Below, piece after piece: positions 50,791-63,476 of a stretch of DNA of 64,000 bases (position 1 is its first letter; every line of letters starts with the position of its first letter). Below the pieces are notes generated by a model that was not told the DNA's origin, ran no database searches, and worked only from the letters and a program-made list of their open reading frames with translations. The DNA comes from Carcharhinus longimanus (Eukaryota), in the NCBI GenBank assembly GCA_030264375.1, contig JASCQW010000132.1:75193029-75257028 (forward strand), given 5' to 3'. The translations under genes were made by a program, and so were the position numbers.

Positions 50791-51603
50791 TGANNNNNNN
50801 NNNNNNNNNNNNNNNNNNNNNNNNNNNNNNNNNNNNNNNNNNNNNNNNNNNNNNNNNNNNNNNNNNNNNNNNNNNNNNNNNNNNNNNNNNNNNATTGTGA
50901 TAAATAGAAGCAATGGCCAAACCTTTTTTTTTAAGCTTGAATGGAAATTTTCATTTGTCAATCATTGATTAAATTGTTACCAGAGGATTTAATCTGAAAT
51001 TTTGTTTGCTTCAAAGGATTGAATTTCTCATCAAAATAATTAAAACAGTCATTTCTCTCCACGATTAACAACCGACTAACATGACATTGTATGCTTACAG
51101 AGTCTCATGATGTTACTTGCGGATTACTAATTACTGAGAAAAACAAATATTTTCCCAATTTGGGTTTGTTGAAATAAATAATTTCACCCTGATTTTGTGT
51201 TCAAGAGGATGTATGCCTATTTGATGCTAGGATGCATGCTGCACAGGAATGCAGCAAAATACATAGTGCTGTGTGATCCCTAAAATCAATTGAATCTTCA
51301 AGTAAATAGCACTGATTTCCTCTACCCAAGGCTGATAGTGCTGCTCAGGATAATTATTTAAGGATAAAATCATCCTGGAATTGTAGGGCACAGCAAGAAG
51401 TACAGCTTCATCTTATTAGTCCATTAAGGCTTAAAAATACACTAGAATGCCACTTTACATGCTCTGTCAAGGCAGAAAGGAACATTATTGAAATATATAA
51501 TTCAGCTTGTATATTCGAATAATAGATTTAGAAAAAGATGTGGTTGAACTGCATGTTTGAAGTGGTCTTGACAGTTTATTTTCCATATTATCATAATACT
51601 CAC

Positions 51604-51721
51604 AGGAACAGCAGAGACCCTGCTTGCCGAAACCAATCAGTATGTTCAAACAGAGATTGCAGTAAGCAGGTTTGTTAAAGTGCTTTAGTCTCCACACGTG
51701 CTGTCCATCATCCTTCACATT
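51604..51721 (-). CDS. DGKB: DGKB coding exon, C1A domain ([39 protein letters not shown]+T)
   Basis: 118 nt, phase 0-1; acceptor cttaaatag|AAT, donor TCCT|gtgagt; closely matches DGK-beta [40 protein letters not shown]. Confidence 0.97.
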
Positions 51722-51789
51722 CTATTTAAGAAGAACAAATCAACAGTCCAGGTTAGACCATTTCTTTTGTGATCTAGACCTTCAATGAA

Positions 51790-52175
51790 ATAAAGTAGAT
51801 TTATAAGGCACCAATTCCCAAAGCACTTTGAAAATTACACCTGCAGCGTAATTACTGTCAATGACAAATGACATGGCCAATTTATGTATAGCAAGATTCC
51901 ACACACAGCACTGTGACAAATCATTGCTTAATCTGTTTTGCTGGCATTAGTTGAGGAATGAATGTTGTCCAGGACACATGGTGCCACATAATCTTTAACT
52001 TCAGCGGGGCCTGGGTTTTTACATTGTATTCTGATCGACAGCACCTCCAACAATGCAACATTTGCTTAAGTCTGTGCTAAAGAGCAAACATAAGGAATAT
52101 TTTCAAATCGCGAAATAGGATTTAAGTGCACAACATTCTGATTCATAAGCAAGTGTGCAAGCAATGAAGCCAAAT
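51790..52175 (-). mobile_element. Old DeuSINE (SacSINE1-like), near full length
   Basis: caaagcacttt...gccaatttatgtatagcaagattccacacacagc...ccaggacac...ggggcctgggtttttacatt...gacagcacctccaacaatgcaac, plus a decayed tRNA head at the right end. Confidence 0.7.
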
Positions 52176-52599
52176 CAATATTTTCTGCAAAACAAAGATA
52201 TGTGAGTCATTAAAGATGGCAACAGAGGAATTCAAATAAGATTAAGAGCATTAGCAAGATACAAAGTATTTATTGCTGTCATCTGATGTAAATTGCAAAT
52301 ATTAGATCACTCTCTAGTACCTATGGACATTTTCTCCCCATCCTTTTTTTGGGTCCCTGCTCCTCTCTCTCATGCAGTAATCTCAGCCAAGGCTGTGATT
52401 GGAAAATTTGATTCCTGCTCTCTATTAACCAATGCCAAGAAGCCATACAAGAATAATCTGGAAATACTCTGCATCAATTCCTTTTTCCTGTTGGAGTTGA
52501 GGGGAATACGCAAGTCTCTGGCCTCTGTTTGGTACATGTCCAGAATGGAATGACTGTGATCATGAACTTGATAATTCCTAGATTATTCTGGTGGTAGCG

Positions 52600-53262
52600 A
52601 TCACAAGACATCGGGGCAGAATTAGGCCACTTGGCCCAACAAGTCTGCTCCACCATTCAATCATGGCTGATATTTTTTCTCATCCCCATTCTCCTGCCTT
52701 TTCCCATAACCCCTGACTCCTTTATAAATCAAGAACCTATCTTTCTCTATCTTAAAGACATCCAATGACCTGGCCTCCACAGCCTTCTGTGGCAAAGAGT
52801 TCCACAGATTCACCACTCTCTGGCCGAAGATATTCCTCCTCATCTCTGTTTTAAAGGATTGTCCCTTTAATCTGAGGTTGTGCCCTCTAGTTCTAGTTTT
52901 TTCTACTAGGCGAATCATCCTCTCCACCCCCACTCTATCCAGGCCTTGCATTATTCTGCAAGTTTCAATAAGATCCACCCTCATCTTTCTAAACTCCAAT
53001 TAATACAGACCCANNNNNNNNNNNNNNNNNNNNNNNNNNNNNNNNNNNNNNNNNNNNNNNNNNNNNNNNNNNNNNNNNNNNNNNNNNNNNNNNNNNNNNN
53101 NNNNNNNNNNNNNNNNNNNNNNNNNNNNNNNNNNNNNNNNNNNNNCTCAGAAGTACATCCCTGCTCTTGTATTCTAGCCCTCTTGACATGAATGTTAACA
53201 TTGCATTTGCCTTCCTAACTGCTGACTGGACCTGCATGTTAACCTTAAGAGAATCTTGAACT
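52600..53262 (-). mobile_element. CR1 3' region spanning a gap
   Basis: MEFRKMRVDLIETCRIMQGLDRVGVERM...RRNIFGQRVVNLWNSLPQKAVEA; KVNMQVQSAVRKANAMLTFMSRGLEYKSRDVLL. Confidence 0.92.
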
Positions 53263-53828
53263 GCACTGGCAGTGCATTGGGTTAATAGAATAGATATGCT
53301 GAAGTGTGACATATGTGATGGTGCATCAGTGAAATCAACAGTCATGTGCTAGACTCTCCCTTGAGAGGTTAGAATACACTGTACTCAGCAGAGACATAAC
53401 AATTCTGTACCTGTTCATATATTATGTTAATCAAACAGTTTAAACCAAGTATCAGAGTAAGACTACAGTCTGTTTGGGGAACAAAGATCATGCATTTCAG
53501 AAGTCAGGAATTATGTCAAGAGTCCACAGAACATAATGCTAATACAAAGCAGGGTAACAGCAATGGTGACACCAACCTAGCTGGGGATTGGTGTCATGGA
53601 CAGAAACACAAAGAGGGAATGAAGGGAAACTTGGTATCAGCTCATACTTACAACCTGATGGAGGAAAGTGGAAAACTGGAGACCAATAGCATTGCTAATA
53701 CATGTCCAACAGTCACCACACTTCCTGCAGCTTTGACGGCCCACAGAGAGGCTAAAGATTGGCGTTTTGGGAAAGAAACTTCCTCATGTACTAAGCAGCA
53801 TTGAGTCTGCATGGCAAAGTGCAGCAGA

Positions 53829-53935
53829 CACAGTAAGAAGTCTCACAAATCAGGTTAAAGTCCAACAGGTTTATTTGGTAGCAAAAGTCACTAATTTTCG
53901 GAGCACTTGCTGCCCCTTCATCAGGCGAGTATGGG
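53829..53935 (-). mobile_element. Penelope terminal-repeat fragment containing a hammerhead motif (53888-53928)
   Basis: UCGC-CUGAUGA-AGGGGCAGCAAGUGCUCC-GAAA-AU-UA-GUGA followed by ctaccaaataaacctgttggactttaacc. Confidence 0.75.
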
Positions 53936-54534
53936 GCCAATAATGAATATATATAAGCTGTCCCAATCAAACTGACCTTCATAAACAACCCTTTAAGCAG
54001 GTTTAACACAGCATAGACAAAGGCTCGCGTAATACTGGGATTGAGGCCATTCGTCAAATTCTGCAGTTAAATGCTTGAAACTCAGAACAGTTTGAAGACA
54101 AGACAGTTTCCCAAAACACCAGAGAGATTCTGGTCCAGCCCCCAACAATTGTAGATTTTCACCCTTCATAAAAGCAACATTTTGCTTTCAGCTAACCAAC
54201 AGAATTTCCAAAGAAAAGAAACACAGGGAGAGAGAGAGAGAGAGAGAGGCTCCTCTTTCAGCTTGATGTTGCTAACACTCCAGCTCCCAAACTGAAACTG
54301 ACAATGACCTCCTGTCACCTGAACTGCCCACAGGTTTTTTTCTACTCTCAACAATGACATCACCAAAGGCTGTGAGCATGAATTTAAAAAACTCTTAAAG
54401 ATAACCAACATCACAATACATAGAAATATAGAAACTAGGAGTAGGCCATTCGGCCCTTCAAGCCTGCTCCACCATTCAGTATGATCATGGCTGACCAATC
54501 TCAATGCCATATCCCTGCCTTCTCCCCATATCCA

Positions 54535-54940
54535 TTTCGAGTCAGGATGACCCTTTGTCAGAGCTGAACACAAAGAAAATCAGACTAGATTTATACTATG
54601 AAGGTGGGGGAGGCAGTAATTGGTGAAAGACAATGTAAATGGTGACAATAAAGGCTGAGAAAGGTGCCAAAAAAGTCCATTAAGTGCTCAGAACGTGTGA
54701 ATGGCAGAACAAAAGGTACAGATTATTAGAGAATTACCTGAGGATTGTGGCTTTGGCTCTGTCATAAAGACAAGATGGAGGGCGAGATTTCAGAAGTGGA
54801 AAAATAAAAGTAATAAAAAGTGATAAAACTGGATGAATGAGATGAAAAGAAATAAAATAAAATAAATGGAGATGAGGTGAAGGTGGGGATGGGATGATGA
54901 GAGTTCATGCTCTGAAGTTGTTGAACTCAATGTTCAGTCC
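54535..54940 (-). mobile_element. 3' end of a second Penelope-like family (ORF terminus, UTR, degenerate hammerhead)
   Basis: 54940-54905 translates GLNIEFNNFRA*, resembling Penelope GIY-YIG C-termini; 54561-54535 reads CUGACAA-AGGGUC-AUCCU-GACUC-GAAA. Confidence 0.65.
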
Positions 54941-55367
54941 TTTTGCCTTGAAGAGTTCAAGATAAAACAAAGCAATGTTGAGGCATCAATATTATGGCAA
55001 CTTTACCCTCAAACCAAGGTGATGTAGGCAGAACTGGACAGTAGATTTTATTTTAACTTGGCCATCTGTGGAGAAGATTTTACATTATATTTATTGTGGT
55101 ATGTTAACAAGGTTAGTCCATTTTGAACTAATATTGGCCAAAGAAGCCATTTTGTATTTTGCACTTTTCACATATTAATTAGTGAGATAACAAGCAGTCA
55201 GCATCAGGTGAGAAAATAAATGGTGAGATTCAGTGATGTATAATTGAAGAATTGTCATTCATCAAGTAGTTATTAACAGTTGGAAAATAATATTTGAAGT
55301 GTAAAACATTATTTGCTGCAAATCAATGTTTCTAAATGAGCTGCTACTGTCTGTGGAAGATAGTAGT

Positions 55368-55600
55368 CATGATGTGGAGATGCCGGCGTTGGACTGGGGT
55401 AAACACAGTAAGAAGTCTGACAACACCAGGTTTANNNNNNNNNNNNNNNNNNNNNNNNNNNNNNNNNNNNNNNNNNNNNNNNNNNNNNNNNNNNNNNNNN
55501 NNNNNNNNNNNNNNNNNNNNNNNNNNNNNNNNNNCAGGTGAATGGAGAGTTCTGGCCTCAGACAGAGCATATAACAGCACAGACAGTTTCAGAGAACACT
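55368..55600 (-). mobile_element. Penelope terminal repeat spanning a gap
   Basis: atgtggagatgccggcgttggactggggtaaacacagtaagaagtctgacaacaccagg and caggtgaatggagagttctggcctcagacagagcatataa match 31724-31890. Confidence 0.85.
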
Positions 55601-56524
55601 TGGTGCTACTGTTCTTGACAGTCTGAAGCAGGTACACAAAAAAGAATGGAGATTTGTCCAAGCGCAGATAAAAAGATCATGAAATGTCCCATTGTTCTTC
55701 CCCTTGGCACCATATGCGCAAATGGCCAAATTCAATAAAATTAACCCAGTAACCACAAAATGCCAATCAACTAATTACAATAGGCCAGATTGACAGATGA
55801 GTTCATGTTAATTCAAGAGCTCAATGTGCATTTTGAAAACCATCTTGTTGCTTGCTAGTTCGATTATAAATTGTGGAGGTACATGGTGCTCCTGAGGATA
55901 GGATTTGTGAGAAGTCACTGTCAGCGAGGAATCTAAGGAATATATACACTTCAACCGGCGATGACTGCCTGACTAAGAGTGTAAATTTGGTTGTGTATCT
56001 TGACAAGTACGCTTTTACCTTTTACCCTCTTGTTAAAAAAATGAACTTTAAAATCATCTGTTATTTCAAATTTAAAACAGTTCAAAGGGTTGATTTGGAA
56101 CTCAGTAGTTAGGTGCGTGCAATTAAACTAGATTTAAATGTAAATTGAATGCCTCTTTAAAACTGGGCCACTAAACAAAGCAACATACAGTTCATTACAC
56201 AATACATACAAATTTTCACCTGAACGTTTTGAACAGTTAACTGCTGAAACCATGAACATGAACTTTAAAAGGGACAACTTGTAAGGCACATTTTATTTTT
56301 TATGTAGAATAATCATAATCAAATAGCAATTTCATACTAAAATGCATAACATAGGGATTTTAAAAATAGGCAAAATTTTGACTAATTTAGATCTTGCAAT
56401 TACACCAAAATGTGACAGTATTTCAGCATAAATGTTATTTCAAATAAAGTACACCACACTGTCTTACAACACAATACCAGCGCAGCCACAATCACAATCC
56501 TTTAAAGAGATGGCTGGAAGCAAC

Positions 56525-56905
56525 TCTGAGGTCTATAAAATAATGAGGGCCATAGATCAGCTAGAAGTTTAACATCTTTTCCAAAGGTAGGGAAGTTTAA
56601 AATTAGAGAGCATAGGTTTAAGGTGAGAGGGAAGAGCTACAAGAGGGGAGAGATACGAAAGTGTCCAGAGGGGCATTTTTTTCTCCACACCAGGGTGGTG
56701 AGTGTCCAGAACAAGCTGCCAGAGGGTGTAGTATGGGCGAGTATAATTTTGTCTTTTAAAAATCATTTAGACAGTTACATGGGTAAGATAGAGGGATATG
56801 GGCTAAACACGAGCAATTGGGGCTAACTTAGTAGTCAAAAAAGGGCAGCATGGACCAGTTGGGCTGAAAGGTCTATTTCCATGCTGTAAACCTCTATGAC
56901 TCTAT
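56525..56905 (+). mobile_element. CR1 3' fragment
   Basis: EVYKIMRAID...REHRFKVRGKSY...FFLHTRVVSVQNKLPEGVV; ctctatgactctat tail. Confidence 0.88.
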
Positions 56906-57989
56906 AATAAGAAAAAAAATTAAGTAGCACTTCTTGGGCATCAGGATGTGCAAAATTGTTCTCATTTTAAATCATTCCTAATGCAATCTTCTTTCCAAAA
57001 AGGTTTGCAGTCACAGACCCCTCCTTGTCCCCTCCTTGTCAAATCAATCCCATCCATCCCCTTCAACACCTTACTGAAGGCCCACATCCTTGTAAGTATT
57101 TCACTGGCCAGTCATTGGTTGAATTCAAATGAGAACTGGTGGACAAAATGGCAATGCATTTGTGGTCAAAGAAAAAGATAAACCAACAGTTACAACAGGG
57201 CCACACATTTTCATTAGCAGGCTATCAAATGCAGACAGAACAGGGATTCTTGTAAGTTCCATTAAAAGAGGAATGTGGGGCTCTTAGCAACTCATTGCAT
57301 TGAATTGAATTACTGACCAAAGTGAGAAATCCATCAAATCGCAAAAAATTTGAAAACCTAACTGAAGTCTAGATGCTTCAATTAGATTACCTAATTTTCA
57401 GTCAAGTATTGCATTCCCTCTAATATTAATATATCAATTATATTGGAACAAAGTAGCATAGAACTCTGATAAAATAGGAGCCTTGGATGTGACTTGATAT
57501 TTTTTTCAATCCCTCACTTCCATTCACTTTGCTTTCTCCCTCTGATACTCAGTGCTTGCATTGATTAATCATCTTCCACTTGTGAGAACAGACGCACAAG
57601 GCTTCAACAACGCTCACAGCTTCTAATGCTTTTGCTGCTTATTATGTATGGTGACAGAAGACAACATGGATACAATAGTTGGTATTTCCCTTGGGTGGGA
57701 TACAGATCTGGAGGACTGAGAGATTAAATTCTAATTAATTTGATCAAATCATCATCACACATACTGACATCTGCTAACAATGTGACAAATGTCATCCATC
57801 AGGACTCACATAATCATAATATTTTAATTTAGAAGCCATGTGAACAAAGAACTTCAGAACACCAAACCAATAACTGTTCATTGTTGTACCATTTGCTAAC
57901 ATCCCATGTTAAAGCACAGCGAGCTGTAACCTAATTTAAATTTACTCATTATGGGAGCTAAACTGAAGTGACTTAAACTAGGGTGACAT

Positions 57990-58320
57990 GGGGGAGGCAT
58001 GGTGGCACAATGGTTAGCACTGCTGGCTCACAGCACAAGAGCCCCGGGTTCAATTCCAGCCTTGGGTCAATGTCTGTATGGAGTTTGCACATTCTCCCTG
58101 TGTCTGCATGGGTTTCCTCCAGGTGCTCCCGTTTACTTTCGCAGTCCAAAGATGTGCAGGTTAGTTGGATTGGTCATGCTAAATTTCCCCTTAGTGTCAG
58201 AAAGACTAGCTAGGGTTATTGCATAGGTTTATGGGGATAGGGCCTGGGAGGAATTGTGGTCGGTGCAGACTCAATGCACTGAATGGCTTCCTTCTGTACT
58301 GTAGGCATTCTATGATTCTA
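57990..58320 (+). mobile_element. HE1-type SINE
   Basis: ggcatggtggcacaatggttagcactgctggctcacagc...ctgtaggcattctatgattctat. Confidence 0.92.
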
Positions 58321-59199
58321 TACTGTCCTTAGCCCTTCTCTCTGATTTTTCCAACCTAATTTTTCGGAAATGCCCAGCTTTGCTTTGAGACCACGCCAAC
58401 TTCATAATCATGAGCCATGCTTACAAATCTAAGGCAGTCAATGGTCAATGCCCAGTTCAATCATACTACTTGTTAATATAGTCCCCACAACACATATATC
58501 CTCCTTGCATAGCATAGGCAGCCATTTATAATCAGACAAATGGTACTCATCATAGAACTAAGTCAAACCGTAAAAACACCATTTGCCAGATTAAGCTTGT
58601 TGCATAATTCAGGACTTCAATAAGTACTTACCCTGTATTTACCAATTTTTAAAAAAAGGGAATTAAAGTTAAAGTCAGGTCTTTGAGCAGTGTCAATGAA
58701 TTTTCTGTACATTGTTGAAGTGCTTAGTGATGAGATTTTATATGCAATTGTTAACATCAATGAAGACAAATATCTACTAAATGAAACTTAGTTCTTCCCA
58801 GCAAAATATGTTGGTTTCTTATTTGGCTTTATTGCCCACTGCATAAAGGGAGTAAACCACTTTAACAGCAATGTTAACATAAATGACTGGGACTCTACAA
58901 GCTGGTTCTTCTTGACACCAATTTGTTGTTTAGTCTTTGTTCAATTAGTTAAACTATTTTGAGAATTTAAAGCTAAAAAAGGGAGGGTTTGGGTCAGGTG
59001 AAATTTGAAATTCTTAAAAAATAATATACCCTACCTAATTGCTGCATTTGNNNNNNNNNNNNNNNNNNNNNNNNNNNNNNNNNNNNNNNNNNNNNNNNNN
59101 NNNNNNNNNNNNNNNNNNNNNNNNNNNNNNNNNNNNNNNNNNNNNNNNNNAAATTTCAAATTCTTAAAAAATAATATACCCGACCTAATTGCTGCATTT

Positions 59200-59740
59200 G
59201 TATAGAACCTTGCTGAGACCTCACCTGGGATATTGTGCAGAGTTTTGGTCCCATTATCTAAGAAAGGTTTTATTTGCCACACAGGGAGTGCAATAGGGGT
59301 TCACCAAATTAATCCCCGCGGTGGCAAGGTTGTTCTATGAGGAGGGATTGGAGAGACTAGGTCTGTATTCCCTGGAGTTTCAAATAATAAGGGGTAACCT
59401 CAGTGACACTTGGAAATTCTTAACACAGCATGACTGGGTGGATATAAAAGACTTTCCCCCTAGCTGTGAGTCTAAAACCAGGGACACGGCCTCAGAATAA
59501 GGGATAGGCCATTTAAGACTGAGATGAAGAGGCATTTCTTCCCTCACAGGGTGGTGAATCTTTGCAGGGTGCTGTGAAAGCTCAATCATTGAATACATTC
59601 AAAACAGAATGCCATAGATTTCCAAAGGCCAATGATTAAGGGATATGGAGATAGAGAATTACATTGAAGTAGGTAATCTGCCATGATCTAACTGAATGGC
59701 AGAGCAGGTTCAATGGGCGAAATGGACTGCTCCTATTGCT
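59200..59740 (+). mobile_element. CR1 3' fragment (decayed)
   Basis: LYRTLLRPHLGYCAEFWSHYLRK...YEEGLERLGLYSLEFQIIRGNL...GHGLRIRDRPFKTEMKRHF. Confidence 0.85.
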
Positions 59741-60242
59741 TTTGCCCTGAACCTGCCTCCGGTGCATTCATTTTCATTTTTTACTTGAATGGGAAGCTGT
59801 GTAAGTAACTATCCCACTTCTGGGAGGTTGATATCATTGTTCTACTTTTCAACTTTAGCTGTTGACAGCAAGGCTTCCTGAGCCTCAGAAAATCAGCAAC
59901 CATACCCAGATGAGGAGTATCAGACCCCAGTGGTAAGTGCCTTTATATGTAGCTCCACAATCCAACCTACCTGCCTCCCTACAAAGCCACCCAGTTATGA
60001 GTAATTCCCATTAATAGAGAAAACGTTTACTTTGCAGAGGCAAAAACCAGTCATACCCTTCTCAATATGCAGGATGTCAAAGATGGGGAATGTTCACCTA
60101 TTGTAGTTTCTCCATCTGTCAGAGCACATTAATTTGTCTGATGGCCCTTCAAGTGCTTCGTCACTTATACTTTTTAACCAGAGATGATAGGTGACCTCCT
60201 TCAATCACGCAATAGTGACAGCGTCAAATACTTAAAAAAAAA

Positions 60243-63200
60243 TTATTCATTTGCGGGACATGGGCGTCGCTGGTTAGCCAGCATTTATTGCCCATCCCTA
60301 CTGACCCTTGAGAAGGTGGTGATGAGCTACCTTCTTGAATCGCTGCAGTCCATATTCTGTGGGCTGACCCACAGCACCGTAAGAGGGGGAAGTCGAGGAT
60401 TTTGGCCCAGCGACTGTGAAGGAATGGCGGTATATTTCCAAGTCAGGATGATGAGTGGCTTGGAGAGGAATTTGCAGGTGGTGGTGTTCTCATGTATCTG
60501 CTGCCCTTGTCCCTTTAGACAGAAGTGGTTGTGGGTTTGGAAGATGCTGTCTAAGGATCTTTGGTGAATTGCTGCAGTGCATCTTGTAGATAGTACACAT
60601 TCCTGCGACTGAACATCAATGGTGGAAAGACTGAATGTTTGCAGATATGGTGCCAGTCAAGAAGGCTGCTTTGTCCTGGATAGTGTCAAGCTTCTTGAGT
60701 GTTGTTTGAGCTGCACCCATCCAGGCAAGCGGGAGTATCACACCCCTGACTTGTGCCTTGTAGATGGTGGATAGGCTTTGGGGAGTCAGGAGTTGAGTTA
60801 CTTATCACAGTATTCCTAGCCTCTGACCTGCTCTTGCAGCCATTGTGTTTATGTGGTGAGTCCAGTTGAGTTTCTGGTCAATGGTATCCCAAGGATGTTG
60901 ACACTGGGGGATTCAGTGATGGTTACACCATTGAATGTCAAGTGTTAGAGTGTTTCTTATTGGTGATGGTCATTGCCTGGCATTTATGTGGCACAAATGT
61001 TACTTGCCACTTGTCAGCCCAAGTCTGATATTGTCCAGATCTTGTTGCATTTGAACATGGGCTGCTTCAGCATCTGAGGAGTCGCGTATGTGCTGAACAT
61101 TATGCAATTATCGGTGAACATCCTCACTTCTAACCTTATAATGGAGGGAAGGTCATTGATGGGTCAGGTGAAGATTGTTTGGTCTAGGACACTACCCCAA
61201 GGGACTCCTTCAGAGATGTTCTGGATTTGAGATGACAGACTCTCCACAACCACTACCATCTTCCTATGGACCAGGTATGACTCCAACCAGCGGAGAGTTT
61301 GCCCCCGATACCCATTGATTCCAGTTTCACTAGGATTCCTTGATGTCACATTCAGTCGAATGCGGACTTGATGTCAAGGACTGTCACTCTCACCTCATCT
61401 CTGGAATTCAGCTCATTTGTCCATGTTTGAACCAAGGCTGTAATGAGGTCAGCAGCTGAGTGACCCTGGTGAAACCCAAACTGGGCGTCGCTGAGCAGGT
61501 TATTGCTGAGCAGGCGCTGCTTGATAGCATTGTTGATGATCCTTCCATCACTTTACTGATGATCAAGAGTAGACTGATTGGGCGGTAATTGGCCAGGTTA
61601 GATTTGCCTTGCTTTTTGTGTACAGGACATACCTGGACAATTTTCCACTTGGTTGTGTAGACGCCAGTGTTGTAACTATACTGGGAGAGTTTGGCTAGAG
61701 GAGCAGCAAGTTCTGGAGCATAAGTCTTCAGTGCTATTGCTGGAATGTTATGAGGGCCCATTGCCTTTGCAGTATCCAGTACCTCCAACTATTTCTTGAT
61801 ATCAGATGGAGTGAATCGAATTGGCTGGAAACTGGCATCTGAGATGCTGGGGACCACTGGAGGAGGCCAAGATGGATCAGCCACTCGGCACTTCTGGCTA
61901 AAGATTACTGCAAATACTTCAGCCTTTTCTTCTGCACTGATGTATTGGGCTCCTTCATCATTGAGGATGGGATATTTGTGGAGCCTCCTCCTCCACTGAG
62001 TTGTTTGATTGTCCACCACTATTCTCGACTGGATGTGGCAGGACTGCAGAGCTTAGATGTGATCCATGGTTATGGTATCACTTAGCTCTGTCTATCACAT
62101 GCTGTTTTTGCCATTTGGCATGCAAGTAGCTTCACAAGAAGCTTTTGTAGCTTTGCCAGGTTGACACCTCATTTTCAGATATGCCCTAGTGCTGCTCCTG
62201 GCATACCTCCTCCACTCTCCATTGAACCAGGGTTGATCCCCTGGCCTGATGGTAACGGTTGAGTGGGGGAATATGCCAGACCATGAAGTTACAGATTGTG
62301 CTGGAGTACAATTCGGCTGCTGTTGATGGCCCACAGCGCCTCATGGATGCCCAGTCTTGAGTTGCTAGATTGGTTCAAAGTCTATCCTATTTAGCACGGT
62401 GATAGTGCCGCACAACAGAATGGAGGTTACTCTCAATATGAAGGCAGGGACTTTGTCTCCGCAAGGACTGTGCGGTGCTCAGTCTTACTGATACTATCAT
62501 GGACAGATGCTCTGCAGCTGGCAGATTGGCAAGGATGAGGTAAAGGATGTTATTTCCTTTTGTTGGTTCCTTCATCACCTGCTGCAGACCCAGCCTAGAT
62601 TGATTCGATCAGTAGTGCTGCTGCCAAGTCACTCTTGGTGGTGGACATTGAAATTCCCCACTCAGAGTACATTCTGTGCTCTTGTCACCCTCAGTGTTTC
62701 TTCCAAGTGTTGTTCTACATGGGGGAAATAGTGACTCATCAGCCAAAGGAGGATGGTACATGGTAACCAGGAAGAGGTTACCTTATCCATGTTTAACCTG
62801 AAGCCATGAGACTTCATGGGGTCTGGAGTTGATGTTAAGGACTCCCAGGGCAACTCCCTCCCAACTGTATACCACTGTGCCAGCACCTCAGCTGGGTCTG
62901 TCCTGTTGGTGGCACAGACATATCCAGGGGTGGTAATGATGGTGTCTGGTTTGTTATCTGTAAGGTACGATTCTGTGAGAATGACTATGTCAGGCTGTTG
63001 CTAGACTAGTCTGTGAGACAGCTCTCCCAATTTTGGCACTAGCCCCCAGATGTTAGGAAGGAGGACTTTGCAGGGTCAACAGTGCTCTTTGTTTTACCGT
63101 TGTCTTTTCCAGTGCTTAGGTTGATGCCAGGTGCTCCGTCCGGTTTCATTTCTTTGTTGAGACTTTGTAGCCAATGTTACAATTGAGGCTGTTTCAGAGG

Positions 63201-63476
63201 GCAGTTGAGAGTCAACCACATTGCTGTGGCTTTGGAGTCACATGTAGGCCAGACCAGGTAAGGACAGCAGATTTCCTTCTCTAAAGGACATTAGTGAGCC
63301 AGATGGGTTTTTCCAACAATCAATTATGGTTTCATGGTCATCAGTAGCCTCTTAATTCCAGATATTTTTTATTGAATTCAAATTCCACCATCAGCCATGA
63401 TGGGATTCGAACCCAGGTCCCCAGAGCATTCTGGATGAGTAGTTGAGTGATAATACCACTAGGCCATCACCTCCCC
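60243..63476 (-). mobile_element. Apparently full-length single-ORF non-LTR retrotransposon (APE endonuclease + RT, CR1/L2/Jockey group) with a tRNA-like 5' head; ORF decayed
   Basis: 5' ggggaggtga-TGGCCTAGTGG...GGTTCGAATCC. APE: NIWGLVPKLGELSHRL..QPDIVILTESYL, GNFNVHHQEWLGS, KEPTKGNNIL. RT: LDTAKAMGPHNIP..KTYAPELAAPLAKL..ANYRPISLL, QFGFHQGHS, LDIKSAFD, GVPWGSVL, INDLP..MFTDN. 3' tail gatgggcaataaatgctgg...gaataa; candidate TSD TACTT(A/G)AAA. Confidence 0.88.
63403..63466 (-). promoter_or_regulatory. Type 2 RNA polymerase III internal promoter (A box 63466-63456, B box 63413-63403)
   Basis: TGGCCTAGTGG fits TRGCNNARYGG; GGTTCGAATCC is a perfect B-box consensus; the spacing is tRNA-like. Confidence 0.8.

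Noticed and set aside
51485-51603. C-terminal extension [12 protein letters not shown]... of the ORF-track DGKB C1A ORF
   Set aside because: Read-through into the intron past the gtgagt donor at 51603; the true frame continues in the 45867 exon.
59001-59200. 50-bp near-identical direct repeat on both sides of a 100-N gap
   Set aside because: Typical unmerged contig overlap or haplotype artefact at a scaffold gap.
63400-63476. tRNA gene call for A/B-box sequences (also the HE1 heads)
   Set aside because: No complete cloverleaf, acceptor stem or downstream T-run terminator; these are retroelement heads.
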